A DNA stretch of 64,000 bases from Mobula hypostoma. Taxonomy: Eukaryota. Shown here one piece after another: positions 48,071 through 60,830 of the stretch. The notes under the pieces were generated by a model that was not told the DNA's origin, ran no database searches, and saw nothing but the letters and a program-made list of their open reading frames with translations. The stretch is taken from the NCBI RefSeq assembly GCF_963921235.1, contig NC_086107.1, positions 111,230,001-111,294,000 of the forward strand, read 5' to 3'. Position 1 is the stretch's first letter; each line of letters begins with the position of its first letter. A program made the position numbers and the translations under genes.

Positions 48071-50426
48071 GTAGAAATTAGCCCGCTGTAAAATGGGGCT
48101 CAATTCCTGACACTGTCTGTAAGGGAACCAGGAGTCCGTATGTTCTCTCCGTGACTGCGTGGGTTTCCTCCGGGCACTCTGATTTCCCCCCTGAGTTCAA
48201 AGTTCCCAGCAAATTTATTATCAAAGCACACGCAGTATACGTCACCATATGCAACTCTGACGTGCGAAAGACGGCAACATGTGCAAATACAAAAAAAGAC
48301 GAGGAGTTACACGCACAAATGCCTGAAGAGTGCCGCGGTAGCATGGCGGTTAGCGTGACGCTTTTACGCCTTGGGGGTGTCGGAGTTCGGAGTTCAGTCC
48401 CAGCATCCTCTGCAAGGCGTCTCCATGCATCGTCCCAGTGGAATACATGGGTGTTCTCCCTATTGCTTAGGTTTCCTCCCACAGTCCAAAGACGTGTTGG
48501 TTAGTAGGTTAATTGGTCATTGTAAATTGTCCCATGATTAAGTTAGGATTAAATCGGGGTTGTCAGGAGTTGCTAGGCAGTGCGGCTCAGAGGGCTGGAA
48601 GGGCCTATTCCACATTGCATCTCCAAATGAAATAAAAATATTTAAACGTCACCCACCTGACGAGATTGGCAATGATCCACCTTGCCTCCGGCAATGTCAG
48701 CAGGTGCTCTCTGCTGGCTCCGCTCTGCGTGCAGAGTCTGTCGCTTAGTGGTGCAGCCCTTGCCCTGTGTTGGGGCCACATCCACATAGCCCCTCAAAGT
48801 CAGCAGCCCAAGGTGCATCGGTCAAAAAAGCATGTGAGGGTAGTGGGGAATGAAAATTTGACAATTTGACCCCTAATCCTGGCAATAAGACCATAAGACA
48901 TAGAAGCAGAATTAGGCCAATTGCTCCACCATTCCATCATGGCTGATTTACTATCCCTCTCGTCCCATTCTCCTGCCTTCTTCCTGTAACATTTGACACC
49001 TTTACTAATCAAGAACCTCTGCTTTAAATATACCCAATGACTTGGTCTCCACGGCCCCCTGTGGCAATGAATTCCTTTGATTCATGAACCTCTGGCTAAA
49101 GAAATTCCCCCTCATCTCTATTCTAAAGGGATGTCCTTCAACTCTAAGGTAGACTCTCTTACTATTGGAAACTTCCTCTCCACGTTCACTCTATCTAGGT
49201 CCTGGTCTCTTATGGAGGGAAAGAATTTATGTGTGATCCCTTCACTGAATCTTTGCTTGGTTATGGCTAAGCAAACATAGGCTTTTGTCTGACTGTGAAG
49301 CATTCTGCAAAGTTCCCATGGGTTTAGGTCCAGTTTCCTGTTGTCCCCTGCTGTCAGAGAACTCCAGAGTGTCTCCTCTCTACAGACTCCTTTACTTTCC
49401 AAACGGCACGTCCTAGCGCCGTCTGTGCACAGTCCTTCTCATCACTGTTTCTATATTAGTCTCTGATATCTGACTACGAGACGGAAGACTCTTATCGGTC
49501 AGGAAAGGTTTCTGATGAAGTATACAGGGTGATCTCTGCTGCCTCAAAAATGTTCAAAGTTCAAAGTAAATTTATAATCAGAGTACATATATGTGACCAT
49601 ATACAATTCTAAGATTCATTTTCTTATGGGCATTCACAGTAAGTACAAGAAATGCAATAGAATCATTGAAAGACTGCACCCAACAGGATAGACAACAACC
49701 AATGTGCAAAAGACAACAAACTGCGCAAATACAAAATGAAAGAAAAACAAACTAAGCAATAAATACCAAGAACTTGAGATGAAGATTCCTTGAAAGTGAG
49801 TCCAAAGGTTGTGGGAACAGTGCAGTGATGGGGCAAGTGAAGTTGAGTGAAGTTATTCCCTCCAGTTTATGAGGGGTAATAACTGTTCCTGAACCTGGTG
49901 GTGTGGGTCCTGAGGCTCCTGTACCTTCTTCCTGATGGGAACAACAAGGAGAGAGCATGGCCTGGACGGTGGGGTCCTTGATGATGGACGCCGCTTTCCT
50001 GCGATAGTGCTCTGCGTAGGTGCGCTCAATGGATGAAAGATGAACCAAGATAGGGCTGAGGTGGAGCGTGGTGGGGTGTTGTACAGGATAGAATGGAATG
50101 GTGCAATACACAAAGACGGTCAGAAGGTCGGACAAGAAAATGAACAGTCAATATTTCAGGTTGAGACCCTTCCTCTGCACTGGAATGCAAGAGAGAAGAT
50201 AGCCTGATAACGTAGTCTTTAGTGTGATGCTATTACGGCGCCATTGACCCAGGTTCCATTCCTGCCACTGTCTGCAAAGAGTTGGAACATTCCTTCTGTG
50301 ACTGCATAGGTTCCTTCCAACATTCCAAAGACGTTTGGGTTAATAGGTTAATTGGTCATCTGGGTGTAATTGGGCAGTGCTGGCTGGAAGAGCCTGTTTC
50401 CGTGCTCTATCTCCAAATAAACAAAC

Positions 50427-50800
50427 AGATAGATAGAGAGAGAGAGAGATGCGTAGATAGAAAGAGGGAGATAGATAGAGAGAAAGATAGTGAGAGAGGA
50501 AGATAGAGAGAGAGATAGATAAAGATAGATAGAGAGATAGATAGATAGATGGATAGATAGAGAGAGACAGAGAGAAATAGGTGGATAGATAGAAATTGAC
50601 AGATAGCTAGATAGACAGATAGATAGAGGGATATAGATAGAGAGATAGATAGAGAGAGATGGCTAGATAGAGAAAGAGAGAGAGATAGAGATTGATATAG
50701 AGAAAGAGAGAAGAGAGATAGAGAGAAAGAGAAAGAGAGCAAGAGAGAGAGAGCAAGAGAGAAAGAGAGTGAAGGGAGAGAGACAGAGAGAGAGAGAGAG
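50427..50800. repeat. (GA)n/(GATA)n compound microsatellite
   Basis: Direct inspection. Confidence 0.95.
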
Positions 50801-52196
50801 CTAGTATAAAAAGGTAATGGGAAGAGATGGTGCAACAGCTAGCAAGTGATTAGGGAATCCAGATAAGAGGGTGATGGGCAGATGAGGGAGGGAGGGAGGG
50901 GAACAGGGATGATGTCAGAAGTTGGGGGTTGGGTGATAGGTGGAATGGACGAAAGGCTGAAGAAGGTGGAAAGCTGGATAGAATGGTAATTGGCAATTGG
51001 TTGATCCCATGTAATGAGGTACACTGAAGAGCTTTTTGTTTCCATACATTAGTAGTTGAAGTAATACAAAAGAGGAAAAAACCCAGAAGGCAGAATGTAT
51101 TATACAGTGTTGCAATTAATGTGCAGTGCAGGCAGACAAATGAATAGCAAGGGCCAAGACAAGGTAGATAGAGACCAAGAGTTCATCTGCATTATAAAAA
51201 AATTCATTCAAGAGTCTTATAACGGTGGGAGAGAAGCTACGCTTGAGTTGCATGGTGCTTGTTCTTAGGTTTTTGTGTCTGCTGCCCAATGGGAGGGGGA
51301 AGCAGAGAGAGTGACCAAGTTGGGAGGGGTCCTTCACTTCCACACTCACGAGATATTGACAACATTTTTATTTACTTAGAGATACAATGTGAAACTGGCC
51401 TTTTGAGCCGCGCTGCCCAGCAACTCGCGACAATCCCGATTTACCCCAATTTAATCACAGGACAATTTACAATGACCAATTAACCTATGTCTTTGGACTG
51501 TGGGAGGAAACCAGAGCACCTGGGGGAAAACCACACATTCTACGGGGAGGACGTACAGAGACTCCTTATAGAGGATGCTGAGATTGAATTCCGAGCTCTA
51601 ACTGGTATACTACCATGCCGACCAAGGGTCGAGACCCTGCCACAAGTACTGAAACATTGATGGCCCCTCCACAGATGCTGCTTAACCTGTTGAGTTCCTC
51701 CAGCAGGTTGTATTTTGCTCTGGATTTCAGCATCCGTAGTCTCTGTCGTCCCAAAGGAGCCTTCACAATAAGAATGGAGACGTTGTGGTTCCGAGGTCAT
51801 ACCCACAGCCCCGTAGTGTCACCGAGCAAGTTAATTACTAGAGAGTGCAGATCCCTCAGAATGCCCTGCAGACTGATGTTGATAGAGGAGGTAAAAACAA
51901 AGATTGTCAGATAAAGTTAAAGATTAGCTTTATTTGTTACATGTATATTGAAACATACAGTGAAATGTGTCGTTTGTGTCAACAGCCAATACACTCCGAG
52001 GACCCTACAAATGTCGCCATGCTTCGGGCCGCAACATAGATTGCCCAAAACTTACTAACCCTGACTCGTACGTCTTAGGAATGTGGGAGGAAACCGGAGC
52101 ACCAGGAGGAAATCCATGTGGTCATGGGGAGAATGTACAAGCTCTTTACAGGTAGCGGGAGGAATTAGGTCCTGATCTTCTGATTGATGGTGCTCT

Positions 52197-52912
52197 AAGC
52201 TTTAAGTTCCTCGGGGTCAATATCACAAATGACCTGACTTGGTCCAACCAAGAAGAGTTCACTGCCAAGAAGGCCCACCAGCGCCTTTACTTCCTGAGAA
52301 AACTAAAGAAATTTGGCTTGTCCCCTAATTTTTATAGATGCACCGTAGAAAGCATTCTTCTAGGGAGCATCACAACCTGGTATGGAAGTTGTCCAGTCCA
52401 AGACCGGAAGAAGCTGCAGAAGATCGTGAACACGGCGCAGCACATCACACAAACCAATCTTCCGTCCGTGGACTCACTTTACACCGCACGCTGTCGGAGC
52501 AGTGCTGCCAGGATAATCAAGGACACGACCCACCCAGCCAACACACTTTTTGTCCCTCTTCCCTCCGGGAGAAGGCTCAGGAGCTTGAAGACTCGTACGG
52601 CCAGATTTGGAATAGGCTTCTTTCCAACTGTGATAAGACTGCTGAACAGATCCTGACCCGGATATGGGCCGTACCCTCCAAATATTCGGACCTGCCTCGG
52701 TTTTTTTTTGCACTACCTTACTTCCCATTTTTCTATTTTCTATTTATGATTCATAACTTAAATTTTTAATATTTACTAATTTTAACTATTTTCAATATTT
52801 AATATTTGTAATCCAGGGAGTGTGAAGCACAGAATCAAATATCGCTGTGATGATTGTACGTTCTAGTACCAATTGTTTGGCAACAATAAAGTATAAAGTA
52901 TAAGTATAAAGT
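52197..52912 (+). mobile_element. Rex/Babar LINE 3' end
   Basis: FKFLGVNITNDLTWSN...KKAHQRLYFLRKLKKFG...NFYRCTVESIL...LPSGRRLRSLKTRT and a (AAGTATA)n tail. Confidence 0.9.
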
Positions 52913-53697
52913 GTTCCACAAGCCACTAGGCTACCGCGACACCCCTACTGAGGTATTTCAGATAAAGCTGCACCTCCACAAATGACACCAAGCTCTGAAG
53001 ACATGGGACCACGCTAACAGAATCCGTGGTCAGGCTTGTGTCTGCAACCCCCTCTGCAGGAAAGCCATTCTGTGTGGAGCCACGGCTCAGAACTGTGTGC
53101 AGTTCTGGTCACCACACTTCACAAAAGATCTGAATGCACCGAAGATGAGATTCACAAGGACGTGGACCAGAGCGTCGTCTCAGTTTGAGACTAGATAGGC
53201 CAGGCTTGTCTTCTTTGAAGTTGGAGGAGACAGAGGGCTGGGCTGATAGAACGCAGCCATCTCCGTCATGGGCACTAGCCTCCCCAGTATCCAGGACACC
53301 TTTGAAAGGAAATGCCTCAAAAAGGCAGCGTCCGTCCTTAAGGACTCCTATCACCCTGGACCTGCCCTCTTCTCATTGCTACCATCAATGAGGATTTACG
53401 GAAGCCCGAAGACACACGTTCTAATTTTCAGGAACAGCTTCTTCCCCTCCACCATCCAATTTCCGAATGGCCAATGAACCCATAAACACTATTTCAGTCT
53501 TTATTTCCTCTCTTCTTGCAGAACTTATTTAAGTTAATTTTCTTTTCTTTATACTTCTCTTGTAATTTATAGTTTTTATTATGTTTTGCAATGTACTGCT
53601 GCCACAAGACACAAATTTCACAACATATGCCAGTGATATTAAACCTGATTCTAATTCTGAGGTGCACAACATTGAGAGAGACGTAGATAATAGTTGG

Positions 53698-54560
53698 AAT
53701 TCACTCCTGTAGCAAAGGTACACTGTACATTGGTGAGACCCGTCGTAAGTTGGGGGACCACTTCGTTAAGCAACTCTGCTTCATCTGCCTAAAGTGGAAC
53801 TTCCCGGTGGCCAAACATTTTAATTCTGATTCCCATTCCCATTCTGACTTGTCGGTCCATGGCCCCCCTCTTGTTGCAAGATAGGCCACCCTCAGGGTGG
53901 AGCAGCAACAGCTTCTGGATAGCCTCCAACCTGCTGGCGTGAACATCACTTTCCCCCAGGTCCCCTCCTCCTCCCCTTTCTCCTGTGGTCCACTCTCCTC
54001 TCCTTTCAAACTCCTTCTTCTCCAGCCCTTGACCTTTCCCACCCACCTGGCCTCCACTATCACCCTCCAGCTAGCCTACCTCCTCCCCTATCCTATCTTT
54101 TTATTCTGCCATCTTCCCCCTTCCTTTTCAACCTGATGAAGGGTCTCGGCCTGAAACATCGACTGTTTATTCATTTCCACAGATGCTGCCTGACCTGTTG
54201 AGTTCCTCCAGCGTTTTGTGTGCGTTGCTTTGGATTTCCAGCATCTACAGACTTTCTCACATTTTTAAAACTAGAAGGCATAGGTTTGAGTGAGGGGTAG
54301 GAGGTTTAGAGGGAAGAGATTTTTTTCATCCAGAGGGTAGTTGGAATCTGTAGCACACCACCTTTCCTTTGCATGGCTTTATCTATCATCTGCCAGCTTG
54401 TCCTCCTTCCCCTCCCACCCCCACCTTCTTATTCTCCTTCCTTTCTTCTTCCCCTTCCTTTCTAATCCTGATGAAAAGGGTCTTGGCCCGAAACGTTGAC
54501 TGTTTATTCCTCTCCACGGATGCTACCTGACCTGCTGAGTTCCTCCTGCACGTTGTGTGT
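53698..54560 (+). mobile_element. Penelope-like element: GIY-YIG endonuclease remnant plus two tandem 3' repeats, each with a hammerhead motif (54129-54165, 54463-54502)
   Basis: LYIGETRRKLGDHFVKQL (from 53723), PVAKHFNSDSHSHSDLSVHG. CTGATGAAGGGTCTCGGCCTGAAACATCGACTG and CTGATGAAAAGGGTCTTGGCCCGAAACGTTGACTG. Confidence 0.8.
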
Positions 54561-55198
54561 TTTACTCAGAGGACTGTTCACTCCCTTTCGTTCTTCAACC
54601 TCATTCACATGGACTCATATGAAGAAATCAGCCCTCGTTATTGCCTAATCAATAATCCCGCTGCAGCTCCTCTTTAACACCTCCTGAAGATTCCATGCCT
54701 TGGAAAGCTGAGCTTCCAGCCTTGCCCTTCTTTCAACCAAGTCTCCGTCGTATCAACGCCGCTATAGCGTGGCGGTTGGCGTGATGCTATTACAGCTTGG
54801 GGTGGCGGAGTTCAGCATGCAATTTCGACAGCCTCTGCAAGGAAGTTCGTATGTTCTTCCCATGTGCACGCATGGGTTTCCTCCAGGAGCTCTGGTTTCC
54901 TCCCACAGCCCAAAGGCGTACCGGTTATTAGGTTAATTGGGCGTTGTAAATTGTCTCGTGATTAGGCGAGGGTTAAGTAGGTGGGTTGCTGGGTGGTGTG
55001 ACTTTTTGAGCCAGAAGGGCCTGTTCCACACTGTAGCTTAATAATAAATAAGTAAATAACTAAATTTCCACGTGTGGATTAATGCCCTGATTTCATCTGC
55101 CTTTCTACTCCTTGCATTTAAATAGAACCATTCAATCCTCTGTGCTTTATCATATTCATGTCTTCCTCTGGCTACTGGGCTGATTTAATTCATCTTCT

Positions 55199-55740
55199 TT
55201 TTTTTTAATACTTTATTTTCAAAATTTTCAAAACAAAACAATGAAATCAACAAAAACATACCAGGTCAGACATGTATAAAAATGAAATAAGCAAAAGAAA
55301 AAGGGACATTAGAGGGATGCCTATTGTACAAAGTGCTCAAAATACTAAACATTAAATCTCAAATGAGGGCCGTGAGAGATCAGCTGGGGGGAAATTGCTC
55401 ATCTGCCCCCGGCCTCGTCCAGGTAGGCAAGGAATGGATCCCAGATAGCCAAAAATTTTTAAATTGAATTGGTTCTCAAGAACCTGAGTTTCTCCATCTG
55501 TATGACCAAGATCATATCAGCCATCCATCTCTGAAAGGAAGGGGGAGAGAGTGATTTCCATTCCCTCAAGGTAAGTCTTTTGCCAACAATCATCCCCAGT
55601 ATCAGAGACTGTTGTATGGCTGCAGGGAAACAAATAGTAGATTGCGAGCAGCCAAATATTGCGAGACCAGATTCCAAGGGGAAGGATCTTTTATAGGCCT
55701 TTGGGTAGCAGTCGAATACTTTGCACCAAAATTCAGTCAG
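55199..55740 (-). mobile_element. 5'-truncated L1-clade LINE insertion
   Basis: 11-bp TSD ATTCATCTTCT (55188-55198 and 55741-55751). ORF2 C-terminus FWCKVF...LAIFG...KRLTLREWKSLSPPSFQRWMADM...MEKLRF. AATAAA plus poly(A). Confidence 0.85.
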
Positions 55741-57147
55741 ATTCATCTTCTATATTAGACTGCATCTCTCCCAGTAATCGTGGACGGCCTGTGTCCCATT
55801 CCACTGCCAAGTTAGTTTGGACCTTCTACAACAGTTCCAGTGAGCCTCCCTATTCAGGTTCGGGAAGACCTCAACCAGCTTGTGGAAGTTGTAGTAAGGC
55901 AAGGGTTAAGGACTACATGCAGGCGAGACGTAGTCAAACCCAGTCAAGTTGGATCTTTGAAGCGATACCTCTGCTTACCACAGACGAGATAGGCGGGGAT
56001 GACGGCGTCGATGAGAAGGTCTTCTTCAAACATTGTATCCCTTTGCACAGTAGGAGATGTTGGAGTCAGATAAGAAAGGAAAACCAGAAGGACGTGAAAC
56101 ACACCCGACATCTAACTTCAAAGTGTTCAGCTCAAAGTTTTGATTGACTTCTAACCTCTCTGTTGTGAGTGTCGATTGATCTTGCAAGTAAGGAATTCAA
56201 ACATATACAATTTACCAAATGGTCGTCATTTGAAACTGATAAGCTACTATACTGTCCTGACTGCAGAACAGTGTGGGTGACAGGGGCCCCGCTGTCCCCC
56301 TTGTGCACAAGTAAAATGAAGTGTGGTTGAGCTGTAAGAGTGTGCGTGTACCGGGCCCAGTTATTTTAGTTATTCTATATCAGCGATGACACCACCTTCC
56401 ACAGACAGAGTCCCAGAGATCCAGAAATATGAAGCCCTCCTTCCTGCACCACAGAACTTAATCTCCAGTTACCTGCTCACCAAGACTGTCAGAATCACTT
56501 GCGGACTTAAGTGGAGGAATCCCGGACACTTTGGTCATTCAAACGAAGCAGAAGGTTTATTACAGAAATTGCCCAGCAAAACTAACAAGAACTCAGGCAA
56601 AATCTACAGAATCTTCGAAGTTCAAAGGTGCCTCCCCAGTGCACCTGTGCAGCTGCCCCCATGACTCACTCCATACCTACATGACTACATCAATGACTAG
56701 ACGTCCAACCGACCAGCCTCATCGATACAATGGCTACAAGAGTAGGCTTTAAATCTTGCACAAGCAACTCACGTCCTAGTGTTCCAAGGTCACTTTGCCA
56801 TCTGAGAGACTATCAAGAGCTTGATTTAATACTCTCCTGCTTTCCCCGGCTTAGTTCGGCTTCAGTGAAATTCAGAAAATCTGCAGAGTATTGGACCCAG
56901 ATGCTTTTCCAATCCAAAGATTCCTTGAACATCATGAATCAGGCATAAACCTTTTTGCTGAGCAATTTTATTAAGTGCTACAAACAAAGGAAGACATGGA
57001 CAAAAGCAGACGTAGTCATCTCATAATCACACTAGAGATAACAAAAATTCCACTGATAACAATTAAATTAAAAATAACATCTAAAAAAATACAGAAGCCG
57101 TATTGTGGAAAATTCACTGAACAATTACATTTATATAGGTGATTATG

Positions 57148-58837
57148 CATTCGGTGGCCACTTTATTAGGTACACCTATACACCTGCTTGAAAATGTAAA
57201 TATCTAATCAGACAATCATGTGGCAGCAAGTCAATGGATAAAAGCATGCAGACAGGAAACAAAGAGTAGGGATTAATGGGTCCTTTTCAGAATGGCAGGC
57301 AGTGACTAGTGGGGTACCGCAAGGCTCGGTGCTGGGACTGCAGCTATTTACAATATACATTAATGATGTAGATGAAGGGATTAAAAGTAACATTAGCAAA
57401 TTTGCCGATGACACAAAGCTGGGAGGCAGTGTGAAATGTGAGGAGGATGTTATGAGAATGCAGGGTGACTTGGACAGGTTGGGTGAGTGGGCAGATGCAT
57501 GGCAGATGCAGTTTAATGTGGATAAATGTGAGGTTATCCACTTTGGTGGCAAGAACAGGAAGGCAGATTACTATCTGAATGGTGTCAAGTTAGGAAAAGG
57601 GGAAGTACAACGAGATCAGGGTGTCCTTGTTCATCAGTCACTGAAAGTAAGCATGCAGGTACAGCAGGCAGTGAAGAAAGCTAATGGCATGTTGGCCTTC
57701 TTAACAAGGGGAGTTCAGTATAGGAGCAAAGAGGTCCTTCTGCAGTTGTACAGGGCCCTGCTGAGACCACACCTGGAGTATTGTGTACAGTTTTGGTCTC
57801 CAAATTTGAGGAAGGACATTCAAGCTATTGAGGGAGTACAACGTAGATTCACGAGGTTAATTCCCGGGATGGCGGGACTGTCATATGTTGAAAGATTGGA
57901 GCGACTAGGCTTGTATACACTAGAGTTTAGAAGGATAAGAGGGGATCTGATTGAAACATATAAGATTATTAAGGGATTGGACACGCTAGAGGCAGGAAAC
58001 ATGTTCCTGATGTTGGGGAAGTCCAGAACCAGAGGCCACAGTTTAAGAATAAGGTGTAGACCATTTAGAATGGAGTTGAGGAAAAACTTTTTCACACAGA
58101 GGGTTGTGGTTCTGTGGAATGCTCTGCCTCAGAAGGCAGTGGAGGCCAATTCTCTGGATTCTTTCAAGAAAGAGTTAGATAGAGCTCTTAAAGATAGCGG
58201 AGTCAAGGGATACGGGGAGAAGGCAGGAAAAGGGTACTGATTGTGGATGATCAGCCATGATCACAGAGAATGGCAGTGCTGGCTAGAAGGGCTGAATGGC
58301 CTACTCCTGCACCTATTGTCTATTGTCTGTTATCTATTGACATGGTCAAGAGGTTCAGTTGTTGTTTAGATCAAACATCTGAACGAGGAAGAAATGTGAT
58401 CTAAGTGACCTTGACTGTGGAATGATTGTTGGTACCAGATGGGGTGGTTCGAGTATCTCAGAATCTGCTGATCTCCTGGGATTTTCATGCACAATCTCTA
58501 GAGTTTACAGAGAATTATGTATTAAACAGAAAAAAAACACATCCCTTGAGCGGCAGTTCAACAGTCATCAGAGTTTACAGAGAATGGCGTGAAAAACCAA
58601 AAAAAAAAATCTGGTGAGCATCAATTCTGTGGGCGAAAGTGCCTTGTTAATGAGTGAGGTCAGAGGAGAATGGCCAGACTGGTTCAAGCTGACAGGAAGG
58701 TGACAGTAACTCAAATAACCAGACTTTACAACAGTGGTGTGCAGAAGAGCATCTCTGAACACACAACACGTTGAGCCTTGAAGTGGATGGGCTACAGCAG
58801 CAGAAGACCATGAACATACACTCAGCGGCCACTGAGT
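57148..58837 (+). mobile_element. Tc1-like remnant interrupted by a CR1
   Basis: TIR CATTCGGTGGCCACTTTATTAGGTACAC. Host sequence GCATGCA|GACA...|CATGGTCAAG rejoins across the insert. Transposase N-terminal remnant RRMARLVQADRKVTVTQIT. Confidence 0.8.
57251..58338 (+). mobile_element. Young 5'-truncated CR1 LINE. Uninterrupted 312-aa RT/C-terminal ORF at 57302-58240
   Basis: SGVPQGSVLG, ISKFADDTKLGG, WQMQFNVDKC, PHLEYCVQFWSP, NFFTQRVV, and a (CTATTGT)n tail. Confidence 0.95.
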
Positions 58838-60451
58838 CTGTAGACATACAAGCAAATATAACTAAGTCATGAGGTCTTTGGTTGGTCAGGATCAACAGTG
58901 ATGTTGCTTTACGATCTGGAGAACAAGCTGTTGCCCATGTAGCTGCGTTACTTGCTCCACCCAGTCGATGAATGCAAAAGAACTGCAGAGTTTGGTACCA
59001 GCAGTGTCACAGGAGTTGCCAGTCAACATTGAACTTAGTATAAGCTTGCCTTAGGGACTCCAGCCCCAGATTTTTCCTCGGGGTTTACTCCTGAAGCCTT
59101 CCCCATGAGTGGGTACAGCCGCAAGGCAGCAGAGGTTCTGAGATCAGAGTTTTCCCCTCTCCTAGATGAGCTGCCAACCACGGCTGAATAACCCCATCTA
59201 CCTGAAGCGACTGGTTTTAAGGCGCCAGTGACCCACCTTTGCCTCTTCTCCTGTCCATACCAACGGTTCCACCAGGCTTAGTAGCTGTTGCTGTTCATCC
59301 ATCGTTGACGTCGATGAAGACCTCAACACCATGGTGATGGTGTCGAGACTAGCGCGTGATTTGGATTTAAGTGAGGGAGAGTTGTGCAGCGTCAGCCTCA
59401 CTCTCTCTTCCCAATTCCCACCTGGATCCAGTGGCAAGACAAAGTCTAGACGGCTGGAGATGGGACTAGGTGCAGTGGATGACCAGGACATCTTCTGTGT
59501 CTTGTTGTGCTCTACACGTTCCACGACGCTTGCAGAGACTGCCTTCTTGACCATTGGACCTTCCATTGGTCTCGTCCGCTCAATCTGCCAGAGTCTGTCT
59601 TCACATGCTGGGATAGACAACTCCCTATCTCACCGAGGGTTTGAGACCCGTCGGCTACCAGGTGAGCCTGGTTTAGCTGGCTTGTCGAAGCCGTTGCCCG
59701 GGGTGTGGCCGCTATCGCATGTAAACAGCTACGGGGAGCCACAGGTGAGAGCTGAGTGCCAGGTGGGGACCAAAGGTGGACTAACCGCCTTGAAAAGGAC
59801 GCGACGTGTTCCTCCACCAGAGGTGCTACCCCTCCCTGACACCCCATACACCCCTAGGCCACACGTGAAGGCCAGGAGCTGGACTTGGTTGTTAGAGGCT
59901 ATTTCAGATGCTCAGCATTGGGAGCATTTAATAGGTAGTGGGAGCTTGTTCCCACTGTGCCAGTGGGTACATTTAATTGGTATTTGCAGCTTATTCTGAC
60001 TACCTCCCCCAGCTGTGACAACTTTAAGGAACCTTAAGCAAAGTTAAGCCACAAGGAAAGTGAAAGAAAAATATCAATTCCACTACCAAAACCAACAAGA
60101 AAATACAAATAACTCGCATGGTGCCCCCCCACCCCCTCCGCCGTCGGCATCTACTCGCTCCCTCTAGCACTGGGGCTGTGGAGAGTGCTGTCTATTAAAA
60201 AGCCCCATGGTTGTGTGCTTGGACATCCTCCAACGATAGAGCCTCAAGAACGTAGATTCCATCTTTATGTCCCCTCACCATCCAGGACATCTCCTCTTCT
60301 CATTGGTACCATCAGGGAGGAGGTACAGAAGCTTGATGGGCCGCACTGAATGTTTTGTGAACAACTTCTGTCCCTCCGCCGTCAGATTTCTGAACAGTCC
60401 ATGAATTCATGAACACCACCTCATTATTCCTCTTTTTCACTATCTATTTAA

Positions 60452-60830
60452 TAGAACCATAGAACCATAGAAACTACAGGACAGAAACAGGCCTTTTGGC
60501 CCTTCTTGGCTGTGCCGAACCATTTTCTGCCTAGTCCCACTGACCTGCACACAGACCATATCCCTCCATACACCTCCCATCCATGTATCTGTCCAATTTA
60601 TTCTTAAATGTTAAAAAAGAACCCGCATTTACCACCTCGTCTGGCAACTCATTCCATACTCCCACCACTCTCTGTGTGAAGAAGCCCCCCTAATGTTCCC
60701 TTTAAACTTTTCCCCCCTCACCCTTAACCCTTGTCCTCTGGTTTCTTTCTCCCCTTGCCTCAGTGGAAAAAGCCTGCTTGCATTCAATCTATCTATACCC
60801 ATCATAATTTTATATACCTCTATCAAATCT
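60452..60830 (-). mobile_element. CR1 LINE 3' end inserted in a Rex 3' UTR
   Basis: DLIEVYKIMMGIDRLNASRLFPLR and a (TAGAACCA) tail. Confidence 0.85.

Noticed and set aside
50282..50835. ORFs over the GA/GATA repeat
   Set aside because: Microsatellite artefacts.
59331..59999. 222-aa ORF
   Set aside because: It lies antisense within nested RTE-like non-autonomous repeats and has no recognisable protein features.
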